NCBI GenBank assembly: GCA_020442775.1 | Contig: JAGRJL010000341.1 | Span: 1-35,131, forward strand | Origin: Lysobacterales bacterium | GTDB lineage: Bacteria; Pseudomonadota; Gammaproteobacteria; Xanthomonadales; SZUA-5 | Direction of reading: 5' to 3' | Length of the DNA: 35,131 nucleotides | Shown: positions 27,794 to 35,131 of the stretch, piece after piece | Layout: each line of letters starts with the position of its first letter | How positions within the stretch are numbered: the stretch's first letter is position 1 | Translations under genes and position numbers: made by a program | The notes under the pieces: model-generated | The model's database searches: none | Told to the model about the DNA's origin: nothing | The model's input: the letters and a program-made list of their open reading frames with translations, nothing else

Positions 27794-28741
27794 ATGCAGC
27801 AGGATGTTGAGCTACACCCGCTATGTACGTTTTTCCCTAGGCTCGGCAGGCTCGAACTCGCCTCACTGGCCGAAGACATCAAGACTCACGGTCTGCGCGA
27901 GCCGATCACAACGATCAACGGCATGATTCTGGACGGCGGCAACCGATCTCGTGCTTGCGAGATGGCCGGTGTTGAGCCGCGCTACGTGGAGTACGACGGC
28001 ACCGATCCGGTTGCGTTCGTGCTCTCGAAGAATCTGGAGCGTCGCCACCTGACTCCCGGCCAGCGCGCCGCGATCGTGGCTGCGGCGCAGGACTGGAGCA
28101 AGGCGCATCCGCAGGGCAAGCCGGAAACATGCAACGTTGCACCTTTAGCGACCGTCGCGGACCGCGCCGAGCTTTCGGGCGCCAGTCATCGCACCCAGCT
28201 GATGGCCGACAAGGTGGCGCGGGAGAATCCCGAACTTGCGGCACAGGTCGCCCACGGCGACATCAGTCTGCCGGCGGCAGCGAAGCAGCTGGCACCCAAG
28301 GTCGAACCGGAATCCAAACCGGCCACAGATGGCCACTTTGACGATCCGCCGCAGGCCCCGCCGCCGCCCGAAGGCGATCCGCCGCCGCCTCCGTATCCCG
28401 CCCCTGAAGCACCGGACGCGCCACCACCACCCCCAACCGAGCTTGAACTCGCAGCGGCCGAGATCACTGATCTGAAGGACCGCCTTAGCGAGCTGGCCGA
28501 AATGGCAGAGGAAACCAGGGCCGACAACGAGTCCATGTCGGTGGCATTCGAGGCTAACGAACCGCTGGTCGCCGCCCTCGCCGAGGCGAAGAAGTACCGC
28601 GAGCAGAACCGCATCCTGCAGACTCGCATCACTGGTCTGATGAACGAAAAGGGCGAGCTGGTCCGGATCATTAGGGGGCTGCGCAGGTCTGTAACTAAGC
28701 TGGAGAACGTCTCGAAGAACCCTGCTAATGGAACGGCATGA
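27794..28741 (+). CDS. ParB-like N-terminal-domain protein with a polyproline linker and C-terminal coiled coil
   Basis: ATG 27794 lies 7 nt after AGGAG (27782-27786); ATG 27788 is an alternative. ParB/Srx-like core: HPLCTFFPRLGRLELASLAEDIKTHGLREPITTINGMILDGGNRSRAC. Linker: PPQAPPPPEGDPPPPPYPAPEAPDAPPPPP. Then an E/L/R-rich heptad segment runs to the C-terminus. Confidence 0.8.
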   Translation: MQQDVELHPLCTFFPRLGRLELASLAEDIKTHGLREPITTINGMILDGGNRSRACEMAGVEPRYVEYDGTDPVAFVLSKNLERRHLTPGQRAAIVAAAQDWSKAHPQGKPETCNVAPLATVADRAELSGASHRTQLMADKVARENPELAAQVAHGDISLPAAAKQLAPKVEPESKPATDGHFDDPPQAPPPPEGDPPPPPYPAPEAPDAPPPPPTELELAAAEITDLKDRLSELAEMAEETRADNESMSVAFEANEPLVAALAEAKKYREQNRILQTRITGLMNEKGELVRIIRGLRRSVTKLENVSKNPANGTA

Positions 28742-28756
28742 TGTGCTCAGGATTCC

Positions 28757-28819
28757 GAGCAAATTCTAGAATCTGCGACACCTCATCTGGCAATCCTTCG
28801 CCAATACCCGAATTTGCTC
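28757..28819. terminator. 10-bp perfect inverted repeat just downstream of the parB-like gene
   Basis: GAGCAAATTC (28757-28766) and GAATTTGCTC (28810-28819) are separated by 43 nt. No U-tract follows, so terminator function is uncertain. Confidence 0.25.
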
Positions 28820-29074
28820 CCTTAGAAGTCATGCCGAGACACGTATCCATCAGGATGCGACGGCACTCGCGTGGCAACGCCTTCGCATGTCAACCTACCC
28901 AGTGAGCACACTAGCGCCGGTGCCGATGGGTTACGGAGTATCGCGCGAGCCGTGGCTGGTGACTTGAAGATGTCGTGAACGATCGTGACCAATAGGGCGG
29001 GGTCCTGTCGACATCCTCACGCTGGATGGCGGTTGAAAACGGGGCCCTGTCGAACGCGCTGGCCTGGTACCGAT

Positions 29075-30715
29075 CTAAAAGGCGACCCCAAACAGCGGAA
29101 TCCTTTCGATCGGCGGCAGATCACCCAGCCAGATCGTTGGTACTGGGTACAAGACGAAACTGGAGGTCAGGTCGGCGAAGCGCTCGGCTTGTTCCCGGGT
29201 GGCGAAGGGTTTGGTCAGCGGTACGTCGCGATCCTTGCAGACGATCCAGCCCTTGGCTGATTGGCTTACGTGTCGGCCAAACGCTCGGAACTCGACGACC
29301 GCTTCGCTCAGTTCCATCTTGAGCGCGCGGCAGAGTTGGGCCGCGGCTTTGGGTAGGGTCTTGCGATAAAGCGCGTCTGGCGGCTTGTACTTGGACCAGA
29401 AGACGTTCTGGAGTGCCGGCGTGCTCAGGCTTAGGCCATCCACACCGAGTTCCTGTGCCCACCAAAGCATCAGTTTCAGCGCTAATAGCGGCCACTCTTT
29501 GGCAAAAGGGGCAGAAGCCACGGTGCGCTGGCGCGTCGTTCCTGCGTCCTTTGATTGCGCATGGAGGTCGGCATGCCAGTCGCTCTGGACTTCGTCCAAG
29601 AACAAGACTCGCCTGCCATCCTCAGTCGGACGAACGCTGATTCTCAGATGGACCAGCACATTTCGGGTTCGGTAGTGCCGGGACCTGTAGTCCTGCGGCC
29701 AATTGTCAAGTTGAACCAGGATCTCCCGATACTGGGTCGCGCCCGGCAGGGTGTATCGACGCCAAGCTGGACGGTCAATGCTGCGTTGGTAGGTCCTATG
29801 GCGTCGAGAGATTTCGTAATCCGCGGCTGCCATGGCGGACTGTGGATCGTCAAAGCCGACCGTTTTGGCGTTGTGCAAAGGCTTTCCGTGATCGTCGAGG
29901 ATTCGCCATACGTGGCGCCGAGGGCTGACCAGATCAGCCCGCCAGGATTCCCGCACCACTGACCAGTCAAAGCCATCAAGCCAATAGCGACGGATAGCAT
30001 GCGGCTCCCGATTGGCGTCTGTTGCAGATGCCCTGCCTGATCGGCCAGTAAACTTGGGCGCCGTGACTCGCGCACAGCATTCAACCCAGCCTTTGGCAGT
30101 CACGTAGCCAAAGGAGGCTTCACGCACCAGCTTCGGCCGCACATGTTCCAGATCGATGCGGCGAAGTACGTCCGCCATGGACCACACCGATAGCGGGGGT
30201 GCCAGACTGAGCCTTTCCAGGATGCCACTTAGATCCAACTCCTCGGCGCGGATGCCTCGAGCGGTCAGCCCTTTCAACGTTGCCAGCCATTGCTCAACGG
30301 GCGCTCGACGCAGCCCAAGCCCGGCTATCGCATCAACCAGTGCCGCAGCAATGGGCGGGGAGGCCAGCTGGATGGCGTAGTGATTGTTGGGAACCCGGGG
30401 TCGTCGATCCAAACGCTCACGATGCTTCGCGATCCAAGCGATGAACCAACGCTCACCGGGGGATCGGTCTGGCGACAACGAACGCTGAAGGTTGAACAGC
30501 CAACGTCTGGCAGTGATGCCAAGGTATCGCCACTCTGTGTGGCCGCGAACCGGTCGCACCATATCGATCAGGGGTGCGTAGTCGCGATAAGTGCCGTGGA
30601 TGGGTAGGGTCACCCGCAACCGCCGGTGATGCTCGTCCCAGCGGTTCAAAGAGAGGCCCACATGGTCACCGCGCGCGGTCCGAAAGTAATGCGGTACCGG
30701 GGGCCTGGGTTCCAT
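29075..30715 (-). CDS. 546-aa protein of unknown function (island cargo)
   Basis: The only long ORF in this interval on either strand. Its composition is protein-like (W/Y/K/D/E/I present), unlike the Arg/Ala/Pro-rich antisense artefacts elsewhere. Notable segments: RNVLVHLRISVRPTEDGRRVLFLDEVQSDWHADLH and the C-terminal GWIVCKDRDVPLTKPFATREQAERFA. I cannot assign a family from memory. Confidence 0.7.
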   Translation of the reverse strand: MEPRPPVPHYFRTARGDHVGLSLNRWDEHHRRLRVTLPIHGTYRDYAPLIDMVRPVRGHTEWRYLGITARRWLFNLQRSLSPDRSPGERWFIAWIAKHRERLDRRPRVPNNHYAIQLASPPIAAALVDAIAGLGLRRAPVEQWLATLKGLTARGIRAEELDLSGILERLSLAPPLSVWSMADVLRRIDLEHVRPKLVREASFGYVTAKGWVECCARVTAPKFTGRSGRASATDANREPHAIRRYWLDGFDWSVVRESWRADLVSPRRHVWRILDDHGKPLHNAKTVGFDDPQSAMAAADYEISRRHRTYQRSIDRPAWRRYTLPGATQYREILVQLDNWPQDYRSRHYRTRNVLVHLRISVRPTEDGRRVLFLDEVQSDWHADLHAQSKDAGTTRQRTVASAPFAKEWPLLALKLMLWWAQELGVDGLSLSTPALQNVFWSKYKPPDALYRKTLPKAAAQLCRALKMELSEAVVEFRAFGRHVSQSAKGWIVCKDRDVPLTKPFATREQAERFADLTSSFVLYPVPTIWLGDLPPIERIPLFGVAF

Positions 30716-31309
30716 TCCGTGCGATCGGTGGTCTGGGTCTGCAGTCTAGCTGCAGTCAGGGGGTGGATATGCCATCTGCACCATGTCTAGCGCTTTCGCA
30801 GTAGCGGAGACTTGGTACCCAAGGCCGGTCAGTCGAGTCCCAAGGGCGATCCGAGTTAGCCAGAGGGTTGGGCTGTGGATTCGTTATTAACTAAGCATCG
30901 CGGTCGCAGCTTGGTGGCATCGCCGGCTTGGTGGTCACGCATTCTTGGGCCACATCCCATGACGTCAGATCATTGTTTGCCACACGGCGTGTGGGTCCGC
31001 CTTAGTGACTTTCCTGGGGTAATTCCACGTTGCCAAGTTCCCCCGCAGCGACTGCCTGGGAGGATTTCCGCGCGGCACTCACTATAGCCTGTGCACGGCC
31101 CCGTTGCTGAGAACGTGGGCGAGGGCGATTGTCTGAGCTCTTCCCTGGGAGCCGGCGTCTTGCTACAACCAAAGACGGGCAGGGATTCTTTGCCCATGAG
31201 TTCCAGGAGAATTCGCAGGTGACGTCAACCGGAATAGGTCAGTGATCGTCACGAGTCCGTCCGCGTTGCGCGTCGGCCGTTATGCCTACCTGCCTCCGAC
31301 TGCTTGTCG

Positions 31310-34300
31310 ATGGCGATGACCATCTCCAACGACACGAGCACGAACTTCGGGCACCTTGAAGCGCACGATGCACAGCTGGTGCGGCTGGGGATGCTGGCCG
31401 AGCGCTACTTTCCCGAGGATCCGAATACGGCTCTGTTGAAGCTGCGTCAGCTGGCCGAATTGCTCGCTCAGCTGATTGCCAGCAAGGTCGGTATCTACAC
31501 CGCTCCGGAAGAACCCCAGTTTGAGCTGCTTCGGCGGTTGGAGCTTCAGGGGGTCTTGAACCGCGATATGGCCCAGCTGTTCCACCAGGTGCGGCATGCC
31601 GGAAATGAGGCGACGCACGCGATGGCGGGCGACCACCGGGAGGCGCTAACTGCGCTGCGGCTGACTTGGCAACTCGGTGTCTGGTACCACCGTACCTTCG
31701 GTAACCCGGCATTCAAGTCGGGACCGTTTGTTCCACCCAAGGCGCCGAAGGACGAGAGTGCGGAATTGCGATCGGAACTCGATCGCCTGGCGGAGGCCCT
31801 GGCTGAGCATCGCGCCGCGCAGCGCGAGGCCAGCGAGCAGCTGGCTGCCGCCGAAGCCCAGCTGCGCAACGCCAAGGACGAGCAGTCATTCTGGGAGCAA
31901 ATGGCGGCGGAGGCTGACCAGGCCAAGTCCGAGCTTCAGCAAAAGCTGGTCGCGCTCCAGGCTCAGGCCGCTACTCAGACCACCGTGGAGCTGGCCGAGA
32001 TCATGCAGGCGGCTGACTCTGCTGCGGCGAATGTCGAACTCAACGAAGCGGACACTCGCAAGCTGATCGATCAGCAGCTGCGCGACGTTGGCTGGACGGT
32101 GGATACGGCGACGCTCACCTACGCCAAGGGTGCGCGCCCCGAGAAGGGCAAGAATCTGGCTATCGCTGAGTGGCCGACCAGCAGCGGTCCCGCCGACTAT
32201 GTATTGTTCCTCGGCTTGATGCCGGTCGCGGCGGTGGAGGCTAAACGGCACAACACCGACGTCTCCGGTTCGCTGCAGCAGGCCAAGCGCTACAGCCGCA
32301 CCTTCGCGTTGGCGCCAGATCAGCTGTCGCCTGGCGGTCCTTGGGGCGAGTTTCAGATTCCCTTTGTGTTCTCCTCCAACGGGCGTCCTTACCTACGCCA
32401 GCTCGCCACCCGCAGCGGCACCTGGTTCTGCGATCTGCGCAATCCCGACAACCACGGCTATGCGCTGGACGGCTGGTACGAGCCGGAAGGGCTCAAAGCG
32501 CTGCTCAAGCGTGACGACGCGATCGCCAATCAACGTCTGCGGGAAGAACCCTTCAACTATGGCTTCCAGCTACGCCCATTTCAGCTAGCTGCGATTGCCG
32601 CGGTTGAGGCAGCGATCGCTGCGGGGCAGCGCGAGATCTTGCTGGCGATGGCCACTGGCACTGGCAAGACCAAGACCTGCATCGCGCTGGTCTATCGCTT
32701 GCTGAAGGTGGAGCGAGTCAATCGCGTGCTGTTCCTGGTCGACCGCTCGGCCCTGGGCGAGCAAGCGGCGAATGCTTTCAAGGACACCCGGATGGAGAGC
32801 CTGCAGACCTTCGCCGATGTGTTCGGCATCTTGGAGGTTGGAGACAAGACTCCGGAAACCGCCACCAAGGTCCACGTCGCCACGGTCCAGGGGATGGTCA
32901 AGCGCTTGCTGTACCCATCCGAAGGCACGGCTCCGCCCGCGGTTAGTCAATACGACTGCGTGGTGGTCGACGAATGTCATCGCGGCTATCTGCTCGATCG
33001 CGAGCTGTCCGACACCGAGCTGGGCTTCCGCGGCTTCGACGACTACATCTCCAAGTATCGACGGGTGCTGGACTATTTCGACGCGGTCAAAATCGGTCTA
33101 ACGGCCACCCCCGCACTACACACTACGGAGATCTTCGGCCCGCCGATCTACCATTACGGCTACCGCGAGGCGGTGATCGATGGCTATCTGGTTGATCATG
33201 AGCCGCCGATTCAGATCAATACCCAGCTATCGACTGAAGGAATCGGTTGGCAGGCCGGCGAGCAGGTGACCATCTACGACCCCTCGAAGTTGCAGATCGA
33301 CCTGTTCACCACCCCGGACGAAATCCGCATTGACCTGGAAGACTTCAATCGCAAGGTCATCACCACCGCCTTCAACCAGGTCGTGTGCGAGTTTCTGGCC
33401 AGCGAGATTGACCCATCCTCCAAACAGAAAACCCTCATCTATTGCCTCAGCGACGCCCATGCCGACTTGGTCGTGGACCTGCTGAAGAAGGCCTTCGCCG
33501 AGCAATATGGCAGCGTCGAAGACGATGCGGTGCTGAAGATTACCGGTGCCGCCGACAAACCGCTGGCACTGATCCGCCGCTACAAGAACGAACGCATGCC
33601 CAATGTCGCGGTCACCGTCGATCTGCTTACCACCGGCATCGACGTGCCTGAGATTTGCAACTTGGTGTTTCTACGCCGGGTCGGCAGCCGCATCCTGTTC
33701 GATCAGATGCTCGGTCGGGCCACCCGGCTATGTCCGGAGATCGGCAAGGAATGTTTCCGCGTATTCGATGCGGTGAGGATCTACGAGGCCCTGGCCAACA
33801 TCACCGAGATGCGCCCGGTGGTGGTCAATCCGAACATCAGTTTTGCGCAGCTGGCCGACGAGCTGATTGACCCGACCAGCGATCCGCAAACTGCGCTGGT
33901 GCGGGACCAGTTTGTGGCCAAGCTACAGCGCAAGAAGCGCCATCTGAGCGAGCGCGACCATACCGACTTCGAAAGCCTAGCCGGGGTGCCGGTTGAGCAG
34001 TTCCTCGAGCAGCTACGCGCGATGCCGCTGGCCGCCGTCGCCGACTGGTTCGTGCAGCATCCCGGCTTGGGCGAGATTCTTGACCGGCGCGGGCAGGGGG
34101 CCAACGCACCGGTGTTGGTTTCCGAACACCCCGATAGGCTGGTGTCTACCGAGCGCGGCTACGGTGCGGCCAACAAGCCGGAGGACTATCTGAAGGCCTT
34201 CGCCGAGTTCATCAACAGCCGCAGCAACGCCATACCGGCGCTGGTGACCGTGCTCACACGCCCAAGAGAACTCACCCGCAAGCAGCTGCGCGAGCTGGCG

Positions 34301-34690
34301 CTGGAGCTGGATCGCGCCGGCTATTCGGAAACCCGACTGGCCACCGCCTGGCGCGAGATGACCAATCAGGACATTGCCGCCCGCATCGTCGGCTACATCC
34401 GCCAGGCCGCGATGGGTGACGCTCTGGTTCCCTTTGATCAGCGGGTGGATCGCGCACTGCAGACCATACTGGCCTCCAAAAGCTGGACAATGCCGCAGCG
34501 CCAGTGGCTGCAGAAGATCGCCGCCCAGACCAAAGCCAACCTGATTGTCGACCGCGACGCGCTGGATGATCCAGATCTGGTGTTCAAGCGCGAGGGTGGG
34601 GGCTTTGCGCGGCTGGACCGCATCTTCGCCGGCGAGCTTTCGCAGGTGCTGACCAATTTCAATGAATCACTTTGGGCGCCCGCCGCCTAA
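31310..34690 (+). CDS. hsdR: Type I restriction enzyme R subunit (EcoEI-like C-terminus) with an extra N-terminal DUF4145-like plus coiled-coil module
   Basis: HSDR_N motif NEADTRKLIDQQLRDVGW. Helicase motif I LLAMATGTGKT and motif II VVVDECHRGY. Later motifs LTATP, TVDLLTTGIDVPEI and QMLGRATR. The C-terminal ~200 aa resemble the EcoEI R C-terminal domain. The start is ambiguous among TTG 31304, ATG 31310 and ATG 31316. The first ~240 aa are additional (see findings). Confidence 0.9.
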   Translation: MAMTISNDTSTNFGHLEAHDAQLVRLGMLAERYFPEDPNTALLKLRQLAELLAQLIASKVGIYTAPEEPQFELLRRLELQGVLNRDMAQLFHQVRHAGNEATHAMAGDHREALTALRLTWQLGVWYHRTFGNPAFKSGPFVPPKAPKDESAELRSELDRLAEALAEHRAAQREASEQLAAAEAQLRNAKDEQSFWEQMAAEADQAKSELQQKLVALQAQAATQTTVELAEIMQAADSAAANVELNEADTRKLIDQQLRDVGWTVDTATLTYAKGARPEKGKNLAIAEWPTSSGPADYVLFLGLMPVAAVEAKRHNTDVSGSLQQAKRYSRTFALAPDQLSPGGPWGEFQIPFVFSSNGRPYLRQLATRSGTWFCDLRNPDNHGYALDGWYEPEGLKALLKRDDAIANQRLREEPFNYGFQLRPFQLAAIAAVEAAIAAGQREILLAMATGTGKTKTCIALVYRLLKVERVNRVLFLVDRSALGEQAANAFKDTRMESLQTFADVFGILEVGDKTPETATKVHVATVQGMVKRLLYPSEGTAPPAVSQYDCVVVDECHRGYLLDRELSDTELGFRGFDDYISKYRRVLDYFDAVKIGLTATPALHTTEIFGPPIYHYGYREAVIDGYLVDHEPPIQINTQLSTEGIGWQAGEQVTIYDPSKLQIDLFTTPDEIRIDLEDFNRKVITTAFNQVVCEFLASEIDPSSKQKTLIYCLSDAHADLVVDLLKKAFAEQYGSVEDDAVLKITGAADKPLALIRRYKNERMPNVAVTVDLLTTGIDVPEICNLVFLRRVGSRILFDQMLGRATRLCPEIGKECFRVFDAVRIYEALANITEMRPVVVNPNISFAQLADELIDPTSDPQTALVRDQFVAKLQRKKRHLSERDHTDFESLAGVPVEQFLEQLRAMPLAAVADWFVQHPGLGEILDRRGQGANAPVLVSEHPDRLVSTERGYGAANKPEDYLKAFAEFINSRSNAIPALVTVLTRPRELTRKQLRELALELDRAGYSETRLATAWREMTNQDIAARIVGYIRQAAMGDALVPFDQRVDRALQTILASKSWTMPQRQWLQKIAAQTKANLIVDRDALDDPDLVFKREGGGFARLDRIFAGELSQVLTNFNESLWAPAA

Positions 34691-34701
34691 CGACTGGACC
34701 T

Positions 34702-35131
34702 ATGACCATTACCCACGACATCGTCCAGAAGCTCTGGAACCTGTGCAACATCCTCAAAGATGACGGGGTGACCTACCACCAGTACGTCACCGAGCTCACC
34801 TATCTGCTGTTTTTGAAGATGGCCAAGGAGACCGGCACCGAGGAGCAGATTCCCGAGGGCTATCGCTGGGATGATCTGGAGCAGAAGACCGCGCCCAGCC
34901 GCCTGACCCACTACAAGTTCACCCTGGTCGAGCTGGGCGTTGAGGGCTCGGCCCTGGTGCGGGAGATCTTCAGCAACGCCACCTCGTTTATTAAGAAGCC
35001 CGCCACGCTGTCGTCGCTGGTCAGCGAGATCGACAAGCTGGACTGGTACAGCGCCCGGCAGGAAGGGCTGGGCGATCTGTACGAAGGGCTGCTGGAGAAG
35101 AACGCTAACGAGAAGAAGTCCGGCGCCGGCC
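34702..35131 (+). CDS. hsdM: Type I restriction-modification N6-adenine DNA methyltransferase M subunit, N-terminal 143 codons (truncated by the window end)
   Basis: Missing from the ORF track because it runs off the 3' edge. ATG 34702 lies 11 nt after the hsdR stop. MTITHDIVQKLWNLCNILKDDGVTYHQYVTELTYLLFLKMAKETG...LGDLYEGLLEKNANEKKSGAGQ is the canonical HsdM N-terminal domain, running into the start of the methylase core. Confidence 0.9.
   Translation, partial: MTITHDIVQKLWNLCNILKDDGVTYHQYVTELTYLLFLKMAKETGTEEQIPEGYRWDDLEQKTAPSRLTHYKFTLVELGVEGSALVREIFSNATSFIKKPATLSSLVSEIDKLDWYSARQEGLGDLYEGLLEKNANEKKSGAG

Larger units (their letters stand above)
25621..35131. mobile_element. Integrated genomic (defence-type) island; the right end lies outside the window
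   Basis: Composition shifts right after the terminator at 25620. Gene content is tyrosine integrase, AlpA, ParB-like protein, an orphan and type I R-M. Spacers are long and lower in G+C. The left boundary is approximate; no tRNA or att duplication was identifiable in the window. Confidence 0.6.

Noticed and set aside
28145-28762. 205-aa and 161-aa minus-strand ORFs
   Set aside because: Antisense to the ParB-like gene. The poly-Gly/Arg translation is the mirror image of the polyproline linker.
26940-30990. Shared 11-mer CCACACGGCGT, each copy inside a small hairpin, at 26940-26950 and 30980-30990 in two island spacers
   Set aside because: A single exact 11-mer recurrence is expected by chance many times over in a 35-kb window. 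It is not evidence of a shared regulatory site without conservation data.
31239-31926. Minus-strand ORFs of 116-157 aa overlapping the hsdR 5' region
   Set aside because: Antisense to the DUF4145-like/coiled-coil coding segment. The Ala/Ser/Arg-rich translations mirror the coiled-coil codons.

Overview
High-G+C proteobacterial, probably gammaproteobacterial, chromosome segment. All calls come from reading the sequence and recognising motifs; no searches were run.

Core and accessory chromosome (1 to ~25.6 kb):
- A 5'-edge-truncated class-III aminotransferase, absent from the ORF track.
- queA-tgt, coupled by an ATGA overlap.
- The alpha-2-macroglobulin (lipoprotein, CVEQ thioester) plus PBP1C operon.
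- A divergent two-gene operon: a 7x DUF11-repeat autotransporter and a secreted Sel1-repeat/coiled-coil/caspase-like (C14) protein.
- An agmatine-deiminase-family gene, GTGA-coupled to a small secreted protein. Two unusual short-period inverted-repeat elements bracket this pair.
- tdh and an FHA-PP2C phosphatase.
- A 1446-aa secreted protein with 14 RCC1 blades, PD40-like repeats and two copies of a WWNP..GWG domain.

Integrated island (~25.62 kb to the window end), visibly less G+C-rich in its spacers:
- A tyrosine integrase.
- A 765-bp ORF-free structured spacer.
- An AlpA plus ParB-like operon.
- A 546-aa orphan protein flanked by long spacers.
- A type I R-M system whose HsdR carries an extra N-terminal DUF4145-like plus coiled-coil module. 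hsdM is 3'-truncated by the window edge and absent from the ORF track.

No rRNA, tRNA or CRISPR array could be supported.

Best candidates for undescribed biology:
1. The island cargo: the 546-aa orphan, the structured non-coding spacer and the DUF4145-HsdR.
2. The autotransporter-caspase operon lying back-to-back with the alpha-2-macroglobulin operon.
3. The two periodic inverted-repeat elements bracketing the aguA module.

Many long ORFs in the track are antisense artefacts of the high G+C content and were rejected.
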